DNA from: Octopus sinensis
Taxonomy: Eukaryota
Assembly (NCBI RefSeq): GCF_006345805.1
Contig: NC_043002.1
Coordinates: 101,432,001-101,496,000 of the forward strand
DNA length: 64,000 nt
Direction: 5' to 3'
A program made the position numbers and the translations under genes. The notes under the pieces were generated by a model, which was not told where the DNA came from, searched no databases, and saw only the letters and a program-made list of their open reading frames with translations. Positions 24,561-37,845 of the stretch are shown here, piece by piece. The stretch's first letter is position 1; each line of letters begins with the position of its first letter.

Positions 24561-25368
24561 ATAAGAAATAATATCAACACTGCCGAATATAAGACATCTG
24601 CACATATTTGTTTCTCGCTTACATGTTAATAAATGTAATGTTTATACAGCTCACGTATGAACAGGTGAACAAAAGAAACATCGAATGCAGTGTATTGAAA
24701 TGAATTTAAATAAACAATTCAATAAGATTCTTTTCAAACAGTCAAAAATAATCGTTTGTGCTCGTTAATAAAGCAATGAAGAACAGAGAAACAGCTGTGA
24801 ATTTTGTTTTGTGAGCGTCGAGCAATCGTGATTAGAAAGAAGTCTGAGCACACGTGAGAGGCGGTGTTTAGTTAGAAATTGAAATCTGAACAGATGGATC
24901 CATCTCTTAATGTCAGTGACCAAACAAAAAGCAAGGCCAAAGGAGATCGATGGACAGATAGCGATGACATTGAAGTGTTTTATATGTATTTTACGATGCC
25001 ACACTGTACCAAAAAAAATACAACAAAAAATAAGGAAATAACAAAAGAAACAAATATATAACGAGATATAAAGGAAGAGTGAAAAAGAGTACAATGAAAG
25101 ACAAAATACACTTGCAAACGATATGTCTTAGGAAAAGAAAATTTTTACAAAGCCGAAACAGACAAACAACCGCCACAACATGTACTCTACAGGTCGGTTA
25201 CCCAACAGAAGTACACAGCTCGCATTACACGCACAACACAATAAAAATCACCGATACAACAAAAGACTCAAGCCAAACACCATAACAAAACATAAGGAAA
25301 CAATGCAATACCGTTTTTTTTTATGGTACACATCCAACAACAACAAAAAGCACACAATGCTGCACTCA

Positions 25369-25412
25369 CCTCTGCAACATACATGGAGGTGCAGCAAACG
25401 ATGCAGTAGAAA
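25369..25412 (-). CDS. Candidate 44-nt exon of an unidentified host gene
   Basis: TTTGCAG|ATTTCTACTGCATCGTTTGCTGCACCTCCATGTATGTTGCAGAG|GTGAGT; one reading is FYCIVCCTSMYVAE. The acceptor tract is weak. Confidence 0.25.
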
Positions 25413-25439
25413 TCTGCAAATTGTTATTTGTCGATTAAT

Positions 25440-25575
25440 AATAATAGTGATGATGGCAGTAATAACATTAATAGTGATAGTAATGATAATGATGCTGATA
25501 ATAGAAATAATGATAGTAATGATGGTGCTAATAATAATGGTAAAAATGGTGCTGATAGTGATAATAATAATAATG

Positions 25576-25654
<79 letters not shown>

Positions 25655-25675
25655 TGATGATGATAATAATGATTT
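25440..25675. repeat. (AAT)n microsatellite
   Basis: Direct reading; similar tracts at 27030, 27655, 39490, 40098 and 44040. Confidence 0.95.
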
Positions 25676-26250
25676 GTTTATTAACTATCAGGGTTGACAT
25701 TAAGAAAACATTGTGGACAGTTCAGGACCAAACAATGAATGTGTGTGTGTGTTGTAGTGAGGGTTTTACGTGTAAACAAGACTGACAGATTTAAAAGAAA
25801 GAAAGAAATCCACAATGTGTGATCGTCAATAAGGAGAAGACATTCGGGGGCTGATAATAGTAATGATCAGGAGAGAGGAAACGAACCTCAGATGCAGAAT
25901 GAGGATGTCAAAGTAAAGCACAAGAAAATTGTCGAACCTCAGTTTATGAAAGACAGGAGTTAACACAGAGGGAATCTTCTCATAGCAGAATAAATGAGGC
26001 CGTAAATAAGGCCTTTCATCCGTCAGTGGTTTCGAAAGAAAATGGGTAAGCGAAGAGGACAGAGATTAGGGATGTAGCTCTATCTCGAAAATGACCCCAT
26101 GTTAAGAGATTAGAGAAAAACGTATTCTAGCACTTTGGGTTAAAAATGGGGACGCTTCAAATAAGGGAGCAGAGACTGGTAGATCAGGCTAACGCTATTA
26201 GGAGAGAAAAGTGGACAACAGAACTGGTGGTAGAAGAGGCCATAAGATAA

Positions 26251-26646
26251 TCTTTATATATAAAAGAGAAGTTGTGTGTCTGTATCCTACGATTTAAATT
26301 CCTAACTACTCCCACATTTTGCGGTGCAGTTTGACCAAAACCGGGTATCTTATAGTCGTGATTCATATCGAGCCCTTCTGTGTATTAGCGCGCGTCTACG
26401 ATGAGTCTACGATTTAAAAAAGAATTTACCATCATTTTTTTCCATTTTAATGCATTTTTTCGCTATTATATAAGGGAAGTAACTCTCTAAAAATGTCTAC
26501 GATGAGTCAACAATTAAAAAAAAAATTACCATCATTTTTTTTCCATTTTTAATACATTTTTTGCTATTTTTGGGCTATAACTCTCTAAAAATGCTTATAT
26601 AGTTATTTCCCTTACAAACCCGAGCAACGCCGGGCGATACTGCTAG
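26251..26646 (+). mobile_element. Non-autonomous Helitron, 396 bp
   Basis: A|TC...CCCGAGCAACGCCGGG hairpin (26619-26634)...CTAG|T with no TSD; internal partial duplication of about 100 bp. Confidence 0.9.
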
Positions 26647-26789
26647 TAATAAATAAAAAAGACCGATCAAGTAGAAAAGGCCAGACAGCGTAAGTGATAG
26701 AGTTCAGGCCAAAGAAGAGCCTACAAGAAAAAAATTAATAGCACCACCGATCAGAAGGAAGAATTTACACCATCGAAATTAAGTGAGAA

Positions 26790-26945
26790 AGATCAGAAAT
26801 ATTGGATGAAAATGTTCTATATTTGAGAGACGAGGAATTATGTACTTTATTTACATTAATTCGATTTGACAAATATTTATCCTCATCTTGTTCGTTGTTA
26901 ACACATCGTTTCGGCTGATGTACTCTCCAGCCTTCATTAGGTGCC
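26790..26945 (-). mobile_element. Short pLTR-like element with a degenerate hammerhead (26900-26945)
   Basis: GGCAC CTAATGA A GGCTG-loop-CAGCC GAAACGAT GTGTT; homologous to 27820-28010. Confidence 0.55.
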
Positions 26946-26946
26946 C

Positions 26947-27025
26947 ACGGGCATATGGTCTAGTGGTTAAGAGCTCGGGTTACTAAGCCCAAGATCGCGG
27001 GTTCGATTCCAGGCAGTGACCTAAA
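26947..27025 (+). mobile_element. tRNA-derived SINE head
   Basis: A box TGGTCTAGTGG and B box GGTTCGATTCC; no good acceptor stem. Confidence 0.6.
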
Positions 27026-27041
27026 TAATGATGATAATAAA

Positions 27042-27090
<49 letters not shown>

Positions 27091-27105
27091 TAATAATAAT
27101 AATAA

Positions 27106-27651
27106 GCTATGCCAACATTATGGAATAACAACAGAAAAAAGATGGTATAGGCACACACCAGAAAAGGTCACAGAAAACGAGAAAGCAACCATACTCTGGG
27201 ATATGCCGATACACACAGATAGAGAAATTAAGGCCAACAGACCAGATATAGTTGTCAGAGATCATGAAGAAAAAAAAATGTTTTCTAATTGATGTATCAA
27301 TACCGGCAGATGACAACGTGTCTCTAAAAGAAATAGAGAAACTCTCAAAATACAAAGACCTGGAAATAGAGATAACTAGAATGTGGAACCTGAAAACAGA
27401 AACAATTCCTATCATAGTAGGTGCAGTAGGCATGATAAAAAAATATTCAGACAAATACATAACAAAAACACCAGGACTTACAAACACATATAACATACAG
27501 AAAATTGCTCTACTAGGCACTGCACACATCCTACGCAGAACACTTTCCATACAATAACCATCAGAGCATCACAACAAATCACAGCACATACCCAAGGCAC
27601 ACAGAGCTGCGCTCGGTAGTGAAGTGAAAGCACGCTATAAAAATAAAACTA

Positions 27652-27657
<6 letters not shown>
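27106..27657 (+). mobile_element. 5'-truncated R4/Dong-like LINE embedded in (TAA)n
   Basis: ILWDMPIHTDREIKANRPDIVV..CFLIDVSIPADDNV..KEIEKLSKYKDLEIEITRMW..ALLGTAHILRRTL* (RLE domain); (TAA)n on both sides. Confidence 0.9.
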
Positions 27658-27706
<49 letters not shown>

Positions 27707-27761
27707 TAATAATAATAATGATAATAATAATAATAATGATGATGATGATAATAATAATAAT

Positions 27762-27811
<50 letters not shown>

Positions 27812-27819
27812 CAACAACA

Positions 27820-28010
27820 ACGTCGGAAAAAACTTAAGAATGAGAAGCAAGGTTCGAAACTCCCCCAGGACACCTGATGAAAGCTGGAAACTTCCCCAGG
27901 ACACCTGATGAAAGCCGAAACGGTGTGTCAACAACAAACAAAATGAGGACAAATATCCATCTAATGTAAATAGTGTAAATAATGTAAATAATATATTTTA
28001 GATGACCTTC
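27820..28010 (+). mobile_element. pLTR-like element with a duplicated, collapsed hammerhead
   Basis: A 31-bp tandem duplication of GAAACT..CCCAGGACACCTGATGAAAGC; then GACAC CTGATGA AAGCC GAAACGGT GTGTC. Confidence 0.55.
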
Positions 28011-28333
28011 GGGAAACAATAAATGAATGAAAAAGAAAAAAGATTAAAAGGTGTTAAGAGGAGGAAACTGCAAGGTATTACTAAGGAGGTAGATTCTGTT
28101 ATCAATAGGTAACACTAATTTAGTGATTTTATGGTCCGCATACATTCTCGTAACTTAGCGGTTCAGCAAAAGAGGTCTGATGGAATAAGTACCAACCTCT
28201 TAAAGAATAAGTACTTCGATCGATTTCTACGATTAAAGATTCTTCTGAGTGATGCCCCAGCATGGTCACAGTCTTATAACCGAAAGAAGTGAAAGGAAAA
28301 AATATATAACTATGCATGTATGTATGTATGTGT

Positions 28334-28712
28334 GGAGTCGCAATGGCCCAGTGGTTAGGGCAGCGGACTCGCGGTCATAGGATCGCGTTTCGATTCCCAG
28401 ACCGGACGTTGTGAGTGTTTATTGAGCGAAAACACCTAAAGCTACACGAGGCTCCGGTAGGGGGTGGTGGTGGCAAACCCTGTAGAATTCTTTCACCACC
28501 ACTTTCTCTTACTCTTCCTGTTTTTCTTGTACTTGTATTTCAAAGGGGCCAGCCTTGTCACACTCTGTGTCGCGCTGAATCTCCTCGAGAACTACGTTAA
28601 GGGCACAAGTATCTGTGGAGTACTCATCCACTTGCACGTTAATTTCACAAGCAGGCGGTTCTGTTGATCACATCAACTGGCACCCTCGTCGTTGCAACCG
28701 ACGGAGTGCCAC
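28334..28712 (+). mobile_element. SINE family B, full length
   Basis: tRNA-like head GCAATGGCCCAGTGGTTAGGGCAGCGGACTCGCGG; colinear with 42919-43298. Confidence 0.85.
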
Positions 28713-29777
28713 GAATGTATGTTTGTATGTATGTATGTAGATTGATATATAGTAAGAATGGCAGACATACAGATAAATAAATAGATGGTTAGAGATTGAT
28801 TGTTAAGTATAAACGTATAGGTAGACACGCATGCACACAGCGGGAGAGAGAGAGAGAGAGAGAGAGAGAAGACAGAGAGACAGAGAGACGACTGACGGAT
28901 AGACACGAATGTAGACGAAGAATACAAACGAAAAAGTAAATGAAGAAAGGGAAAAGAAAAAAAATTTTGAAACGACTTTTATCTTTATAACATCAACGAT
29001 GGTGCTTTGCTGTGTGAAAAATATTCTCATTCTATCTATCATGAACAGATTTCTTCAAAGAATATGAAAGAATGAAAGAATTGATATTTTTCTCTCTTAT
29101 TGGTATCATTCATCGATACATGATGGTAAAAAATGTTCTGGAATCGTGATTGGGCGAAAAACAAAAGAATGAATACGTCTAAATAAATAAAGGAAGGAAG
29201 GAAGGAATGAAGAGAATGGAAGGAATAAATTCGCGGAAATGCTTCTCTGGAAGAGTTGAGAGTAATTTTGAGGAATATACAATGAGAAAAAACGAAAGAG
29301 ACAAAAGAGAGGGAGATGTACAAAAGAGAAAGAAAGAGAGAGAGGGAAGATTGAAAGAGAAATCAGAGTGAACGAGGTTAAGTACAACGCACACACATAC
29401 GCACAGACACACACACGCACAGATACGCACATGCACGCACTCACACACACACAGACATATACACACACAAATACATATAAGTAGATAAATTTTGTTTGCG
29501 CCCCAGGAAATATGATGTATAGACATATGTTTTCACAAACATATATAGGTGTGTGTATTATTTATATATACACATGTTCACATAAGTATGTACACACACA
29601 CACACACACACACACATATGTATAAATATATATATATATGTGTGAATATATATATACACATACATACACACACACATATATAGTAAATCCAAAAAAGAAC
29701 AAACAAAAAACTCAACGCGAGCACGGACGTGGTACATGTAAAGTATTAGCAGACGCTCAGGGAAGGAACGAAAGATA

Positions 29778-29812
29778 GTTTAACATTTCGAGCAAAGCTC
29801 TTCTTCGGAAAC
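29778..29812 (-). ncRNA. Minimal hammerhead motif in a PLE tail (about 29690-29940)
   Basis: GUUU CCGAAGA A GAGC UUU GCUC GAAAUGUU AAAC; the ACGU palindrome appears decayed to AUGU. Confidence 0.6.
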
Positions 29813-29949
29813 ATAGGGAAGTCCAATAGAAAAGGAAGACCGAGGAAGAAAATCGCCCACGAATCACAATTGGTTACATTTTGAAACGGCCGTAAGGGAA
29901 TGGGTGAAGAAAAAAGTTACTTCCAAAACAGGAGAGTGTAAGAGAAGAA

Positions 29950-30640
29950 GTATGTGTGTGTATGTGTGGGTATGTGCGTGCGCGCAAGTCTGTGTGTGTG
30001 TGCGTGTGTAATAGCATTTGTGTGTGCTTATATGTATGCATCTGTTGTGTGTGTGGTTTTGGCTGTTTATATGTGTATGTGTGAGAGAACTTTGTGTCTC
30101 AATGTTGTAGAAAGAATTGAGAGCCTGATAGCAGGAGCGGCGGTCATTTTGTGGAGTTGTGCGTCTCTTCACATGTGCTTAGAGAAATGGTCAGTAGAAA
30201 GGTGTGTGACCGGCACCTTGAAGTATGTGTGTACATGTGTATGCACGTGTGTGCGTGTATGTATATGCTGTGTGTGTTTTTTCTGTATAGTGTGTGCATG
30301 CGTCTGTGTGTGCGCCCGCGTGTGCGTATGCGTGTACATGTGCGCGTGTGTGTATGTCCGTGTGTGTTGGGCTGTGTGTGTGGAGTACATGTGCGTGCGT
30401 GTGCGTATGTGTATGTGTGTGTGTCTATGTATGCGTGTGTCTGTGTGCGTGTATGTGCATGAGTGTGTATGAGCGTGTGTGCGTGTGTGTATGTATGTGT
30501 GTTTATGTGCATGGATGTGTTGTGTGTATGTGTGTGGTGATTGTGGGAGGTATATGTGCGTTCATGTGTGTGCGCGGGTGCATGTCTTTTATCGTGTGTG
30601 TCTATGCACGTGTGTGTATGTACGTGTGCATGCATATAGA
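29950..30640. repeat. Degenerate (GT)n tract
   Basis: Direct reading. Confidence 0.9.
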
Positions 30641-30949
30641 AATAAAATAAAATATAATAAAATAAGATTGATAAATAAAGGGGGGAGGTGGTAAGTGTTC
30701 AAGATGTAAAAAAATTTACAAAAATTAGCAGATGCAAGATAAAAAGTGAAAAATATAAAATAAAAATTAAAGGGTTAAAATAGAAATTAATACAATTATA
30801 AAAAATAACGCAATTAAAAAGTTAAACAATACGACGGAAAGAAAATGATAAAACATTGAGAAGGGGTAACAGTGTCAGAAAGAAAGCGGGTATAAGAGAC
30901 GATAAAATGAGATGGACTGAAATAAAATAGAATAAGATAAAATAAAAAC

Positions 30950-32050
30950 TAAAGTCTGCTTTTTGAAAGGAGTTTGTAGAGACAGTCGTTAAGAGGAAGG
31001 GGGTTATGTTGAGTCCGAGGGAATTTGTTCATTTAGACTGAAGATGTAATGCTGTTCCAGGCGGAGTCGGGAGTTTTGTGGATCCGTGACGCAGGGCGTG
31101 GCCAAAGAGGGGGAGTGGTTGACCAAGCAGAAATGGCGGGCGACGGGGGTGTGCGTGTGTAGTCGAACAACTCTTAGATGTTCGGTGAACCGGTCGGCCA
31201 TCTGGCGGCCCATCTGACCTACGTAGAGTTTATTATGGAGATTAGATCTAATGTAATAGATAAGGGTTGAAGAGGTACAGGAGAAGGAGTTTCTAATGTG
31301 GAGAGTGTGTTGGTTAGAACCAGTGAGGGAGGTGGTGTTGGTGATGAAAGGGCAGGTGTGGCAGCGAATTCTAGAGTAAGGGAAGGATCCGGGTGAAACT
31401 GGGAGGAAGAAGAGATGGTGCTACGGACCAGTAGATCGCGTAGGTTTCGGATGCGTTTAAAAGAGGACAAGGGTGGACGGTGAGATTTAGCTGAAGACGA
31501 CTGTAGGCCCGTAGGATCCTCCGATGAAGGATTAGGGTAGGGGGTGGAAATGGAGGAGAAATGGGGTGCGGTTAGGAGATTGGTGTGGGGAAGGAGAGAG
31601 GGCGGTAGAGCGACCGATTCGACGAGCGCGGGCAAGGGTTGATGGGTATTCTCGTTGCATGAACAGGCGAGCAAGGTACTGGGACTGGGTCTGGAAACCT
31701 GGTCTGGCTGCACAAGCGTCGGAGGAGGAGGAGGAACAGGGAGTAGGGGATGGCTCGCTTGTTGTGGGAGGTGTAGGGGGAGAAGTTGAGGTAGGAATCC
31801 GAAGGTTTGAAGAAAGCGGAGGGGTGAGAGAGTGGAAGGGGAAGTCAATGGTAAGAGAGATATCTAGGAAGTTAACTGAGGTGTTAGAGATGGTAGAGGT
31901 AAATTGGAGAAACGGGTAAAAGTTAGAGAGGAAAGAGATGAAGTGGCAGAGTTGTTCGCGGGAGAGGGAGGTGGCGCCTATAGAATCGTCTATGTAGCGA
32001 CCATAGTTATATATGCAGCTTAGATTTCTTTTAAAGACTTTATAATTAAA
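30950..32050 (-). mobile_element. Penelope-like element 3' half (RT plus GIY-YIG), decayed
   Basis: GRYIDDSIG...LQFTSTIS..SVNFLDISL; SFKRIRNLRDLLVRS; GRQMADRFTEHLR..PVARHF..LEQHYIFSL. Confidence 0.85.
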
Positions 32051-32460
32051 TAAATAAAATGTTTTTCTGTTGATCTTACCATCACAGAACAGTTCACCAC
32101 ACACACACACACACATAAACTCACTCACATATATATATATATTTTTGTTCCTTCTCGAGCCATCCCTGGCTCATAAGGGACAGTTTTCCGGTCTCCTTGG
32201 TGTATAGGTCCCCCACCTGGACGGGTCGCCGGTCCGTCGCTGGTGAGCTGCAAGATGCAGGAGGAAAGAGTGTGAGGATGTTGTGGTGAAAGAATCAGCA
32301 GAAATTCGCCATTACCTTCTGTCGGAGCCGCGTGGAGCTTAAGTGTTTCGCTCATAAACACACACACCGCCCGGTCTGAGATTCAAACTCGCGATCCCTC
32401 GACTGCTCTAACCTAGTGCTCTAACCACTAGGCCATGTGCCTCCACACTCACATATATGA

Positions 32461-32494
<34 letters not shown>

Positions 32495-33164
32495 TTGTAT
32501 GTTTGTATGTTTATGTATACAGTGAAAGAGAGAAGGAGAGAGAGAGAGAGAGAGAGGAAGAGGGAGAGAGGAAGAGAGAGAGCGCGCGACAGAGGGAAAG
32601 AGAGCGTTCATGTATGTCCTTAAACAAAGCCCAGCGTCCAGGCTGCGTCCACAGCTTGTACGCAAAATAAGTAGTAAGATTTCTGAAAATCTTAATATAG
32701 AGAACTCTTGAGGCGATAACACCTTCAATTTCAATGGATTTCGCGAATTTAACCATCAGCCTTTCTTCAATTCTTTAAATGTTATTAACAGTTCTGTATT
32801 CTTTCTTTCTTCGGATCCTATAGAAAGTCTTTAAACGAAATCTAAACTGCATTTTGCAGCTGTGGCGCATCACTTGTGCCCCTCTCTCAACGTTTGAAAG
32901 TTATAGATTCACTCGAATGTCGATATCTTTATCTTGCAGCTAAGAATACCATTAGGTGAGCTCCACAAATACCATCCGTTGCTCTAAGCATCAACGTTCA
33001 TTGGAATAACATACACTCCATTTGTGTAATCTATAAAAACACTTGCTGTTCCAATCTAACTTATACCTACTCGCTGATTAATCATTCATTTTATGTTTCA
33101 ATGACTTTCACTTCTTTTCCCTTCTGTCTCCCTACCGACGTAGTATCATATTTCAGCAATTCCG

Positions 33165-33255
<91 letters not shown>

Positions 33256-33683
33256 CCTCTTCTTTAAGTACCACTTGAAAAGGAAAGTGAGAGTAGAGAG
33301 GCAAGTTTTGTCTAGCGAATGTTTTAAAAAAAGATGGGTGAATGTAGCAAGGGTGGCACGTATGAATGACGAAGCCACCTTGAGCATAATCCTATGAACC
33401 CAGAAATTGAAAACAGAGGGTTACCCACTTGCAAACAAATGTGGTAACATATAACAATATTGACCAAGGTTACCGTGGTCTTTTTCGTAGGCTTTTCTTC
33501 CCACGGATAAACCTTACTTGCTTTCCCCTTTACACCATATATCATAACACTGTGATACACGATCCCTCGTGATCGTTTTTTTTTCTTCTTCCCCTTTTTT
33601 CCCCCTTTTTTCTTCTTTTCTCATTTCTCTTTTCTTTTGTTCCTTTTCCTTTTCTTGTTTTCTTTCTCTTTTTTTCTTTTTTA

Positions 33684-33714
<31 letters not shown>

Positions 33715-33872
33715 TTGTTCTTTTCTTCCCTTTTACGATCCCTCTTGATCGAAAACCTACGCCACCCTTTTTTTGTTTCTTTTGTTTTTTGTTTTTTTCA
33801 TCCCCCAAAAGAAAAGCTCTACCTTGTAACTTGTCTCATCTGTGTGCAGCCCTGTGTGGCCAATAAAGAAAC
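33256..33872 (+). mobile_element. Tx1-like LINE extreme 3' fragment between (TATC)n tracts
   Basis: KYHLKRKVRVERQVLSSECFKKRWVNVAR..* plus a pyrimidine-rich UTR ending AATAAAGAAAC-(TATC)n; duplicate of 34720-35262. Confidence 0.8.
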
Positions 33873-33899
33873 TTATCTATCAATCTATATATCTATCTA

Positions 33900-33960
<61 letters not shown>

Positions 33961-34120
33961 TTATCTATTTATCTATCTGGCTATCTGTTATCTATCTATC
34001 GGTCTGTCTGTCTGGCTGCCTGCCTGTCTATCGCTGAGTTTCTCTGTCCGTGCGTCTCTTTGTCTATTTATGCATGCATGTATGTATGTATGTATGTATG
34101 TATGTATGTATGTATGTATG

Positions 34121-34165
<45 letters not shown>

Positions 34166-35064
34166 GTCGCGTTGCTCTCAAGCAACTCTGCCGTCCTGGG
34201 TCGACCTTAAGTGACTTCAACACAACCAAAGCATTCTATAGGGGTTTAGTGGAGGGGAAGTACGACGACGAGCTCGGGGCGAACCTGGACGTCGACGAGG
34301 AGTACCTGACCCGCCTGTTCGGGACGACTTTCGGGCCAGGGCCCATGGACAACTTCCAGAGATCCCTGGCCTGGCAGTGCTACCGAGAAGCGCTACCCGT
34401 TCGGGATAAGCTCTACAGACACGGCTCGAGAAACACGGGGCCGACCTGCCCGAGATGCGGTCAGAGCGACGAAACCGTTCTGCACGCACTCGTTCAGTGG
34501 CCAACAATTTCCGACCTGGGGCTTATGTCGAACAACTGCTGTCACGTGTGGGACGAGTCGTTATCAGCTGAGTCTATCGTCAATATTGTCACGCCTCCTT
34601 CCTTCAAACGGGAAGGAAGAGCTATTTTCATCATCCTTGTGGCTATGGCGAAAGAATGTATCTGGTGGACGCGTCTGAAAGGATTGGAGACAAACACTTT
34701 CCTCTCTGTCAATCTCTCATCAACTTCTTCAAGTACCACTTGAAAAGGAAAGTGAGAGTAAGAGGCAAGTTTTGTCTAGCGAATGTTTTAAAAAAGATGG
34801 GTGAATGTAGCAAGAATGGCACGTATGAATGACGAAGCCACCTGAGCATAGTCCTATGAACCCAGAAATCGAAAACAGAGATTGCTTATTTGCAAAAAAA
34901 AAAAAAAAAAAAAGAAATATAAAATGTGACTTCATTGACCGAGGTTACCGTGGTCTTTTCCGCAGGCTTTTCTTTCCACGGGTAAACCTCACCTGTCCTC
35001 CCCTTTACACTTCATATTGACATTTCTGTGATAACGATCCCTATTGATCATTTTTTTTTCCTCT

Positions 35065-35095
<31 letters not shown>

Positions 35096-35262
35096 TTCCC
35101 CCCCTTATTTTTGTCCTCTTTCTCTCCTTTTACGATCCCTTTTGATCAAACCTCCCCCTTCCTTTTTTTTTTTTTTTTTTTTTTTTAATACCTTCAAAAG
35201 AAAAGCTCTACCTTGTAATTTGTTCTATCTGTGTGCAGCCCTGTGTGGCTAATAAAGAAACA
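34166..35262 (+). mobile_element. Tx1-like LINE 3' fragment with zf-RVT domain
   Basis: SLAWQCYREALPVRDKLYRHG...TCPRCGQSDETVLHALV; GC-rich; same 3'UTR and tail as 33256-33872. Confidence 0.85.
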
Positions 35263-35612
35263 TATCTACCTGTCTGTCTATCTATCTGTCTATATATTTA
35301 TCTGTTAGTCTGTCTGACTACCTATTTATATATTTATTCATCTGTCTGTATATTTATCTATCTATCTATCCATCTTTCTACCTATCGCAACTCAACTGTT
35401 TCCTTTATTTCCTATACATTCACATTAATCAACCACAACATACCTGCTGACTATAACGACATCAAACGACCTTGATAGTCTTATAACTTCGTGGCTCGCT
35501 CTACATCTGCTAGTTTATTATTATGCTTGACATCATGCTGCGAGCAACTGTGTAAGTTAAGAGACAGAGTCTAACATGCAAGTTCTTACATTTGACACAC
35601 ACACACACACAT

Positions 35613-35646
<34 letters not shown>

Positions 35647-35899
35647 GCATACATATAAAAGACTTTCTAAAATCAATTCTGCATTCATTGAAAGCCAAAG
35701 TCATTTAGAGTATAACTGATTTAGTGAATAAACCAACTCATAATTTTTCTGCTCAAGTCACAAGATCCGCAACTTTGGGGGAGGGAGCCTGTCGATTAGA
35801 TCAAACCCAGTACGCAACAGATACTTAATTTATCGACTACGATATGTTATGTAAATGTGTGTGAGATGGATAAAAGATATGATAATTTGAAAAACAAAT

Positions 35900-36410
35900 T
35901 TTAAAAAAGATCTGTGGAAGATGTCCCTGGAAGGAGAGGGTTGTATTAAGTCTAAATGGGGTTTGGGTTTGGAGCTTGAAAATGTAGCATTATTCAAGGC
36001 GACGTCTGGTGTTTAAGGATCCTTGGTGTAAGGTTAAGCTGCGGAGAATGAGGTGTGAGGCAGAGCAAAGGCGTCGGGGTGTTTTTTCGCAGGTGGACGT
36101 CCCGTAAGTATTCTGTGAATCGGTCGGCTAGCCTGTGGACATTTGCAGAGATGACATCAGATGCAGTGTACAAGGCTAGATAAGGTGCAGCAGGAATTCC
36201 GGATGTAGAGGGTGTGTTCGTTAGATCCAGTGAGGGAAGTGATGTTGGTGACGAACGAATAAGGGTGGAATCGGGAATTGGAGCAACGGAAGGATCCAGG
36301 GTGGGTGCGAATAGGGAGTGGTGTACTACCGGTTATTAGGTCGTGTGGGTTGCGGGTGCGTTTGAAGGAAGGCAAAGGTGGGTCGTTGAAAACGTCCAAA
36401 ACCCTCAATT
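35900..36410 (-). mobile_element. Second decayed PLE fragment (RT/GIY-YIG junction)
   Basis: DPPLPSFKRTRNPHDL..PGSFRC...SLTGSNEHTL.IRNS is homologous to 31230-31480. Confidence 0.65.
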
Positions 36411-36892
36411 TTTTCCACTTTTACCGAGCATCGAACTGATAAATTCCCTGTGCACGTCCTTTTGTTATTATTTTTGATGATCGATTTTTCGGTTTCACAC
36501 ACATAATACACAGACACACACGCACACACACACACTCGCACACACACTCACACACACCTAGATACGCACTTTATATAATATTTTACTTGTTTCAGTCACT
36601 GAATTGTGAACAATTCAAACCAAGATTAATATTGTTTATACTCACTACATCGGTTATTTTGCCGAACTTCTACATTATGGTGACACAAACAAATCAACAC
36701 CGATTGTTAGGGAGGGTGTCAAACACAGACACAAAGACTCATGCGTATAAACTTGGATAAATGTATACGACAGGCTCCCACATAACGAGCCGAACCCTAA
36801 ACCAAAGGGTTGCAATTTGATCTTCTTAACCATACAGACATCCCTGTCTATACCTGTCTACAAATCTGTATCTATATCTATCTATCTCTCTC

Positions 36893-36973
<81 letters not shown>

Positions 36974-37657
36974 CTATTTTTATACATACACACACACAAA
37001 CGCACACACTCACGCGCACACACACACACACAACCGCATACACGTATGTCTGCATTCTCCTCTTTACCAATTTACCAAATTCCTATGACAAGGCATTGAT
37101 ATGTAGCCAAGGTTACAGTAGAAGTTACTTGGCTAAATTTACTGCGTAGTAGGAGCGAATCCAAGTCACGTGCTTTCAAAGTAACCTTCTTTATCACAGT
37201 CATGCTTGCGCCCAACATTATTCCCGTAATTACGGTGAATCGACATCATTTAGAAATATAGATAAAATGTTGATTACATTTATATTAATCCATTAACAAT
37301 TACCTTGGTAAATCACCTGAGTTAATTAACGCACTATACATAATGGGATTGTTCAACCAAGCTTTACATATTTCACGTATGTATAAAATATGTTATGTAA
37401 CAAAAATTCCGCAATATATCCATCTATAACTTATGTCGTTAAATTACAAATGTTCCGTCGCCATTTTGTTTGATCAACAAACGTTAATTTTGATATAATA
37501 TCTAATAAAACAATAATGTTCTGCATTTATTTCATCAACTCTTCCCAGACCAGTGTTTCCAATTAATGATACACATGAATTATGAAAGCTTTGTAGTCGT
37601 TTTTCGGAGAAATTTATTACGTTATTACACGCATAGGTCCTTCTCTCTCTCCCTCTT

Positions 37658-37689
<32 letters not shown>

Positions 37690-37696
37690 ATATTAT

Positions 37697-37743
<47 letters not shown>

Positions 37744-37811
37744 TATATATATATGTACATATATATATACATATATATGTACATATATATATATGTATGT
37801 ATATATATATG

Positions 37812-37845
<34 letters not shown>

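Noticed and set aside
26947-27025. Functional tRNA genes at SINE heads (also 998, 28334, 42919, 44595)
   Set aside because: A and B boxes are present, but cloverleaves and acceptor stems are incomplete and continue into SINE bodies.
32860-32955. Candidate plus-strand exon (CGASLVPLSQRL...)
   Set aside because: Splice signals only, no partner exons, unrecognised peptide.
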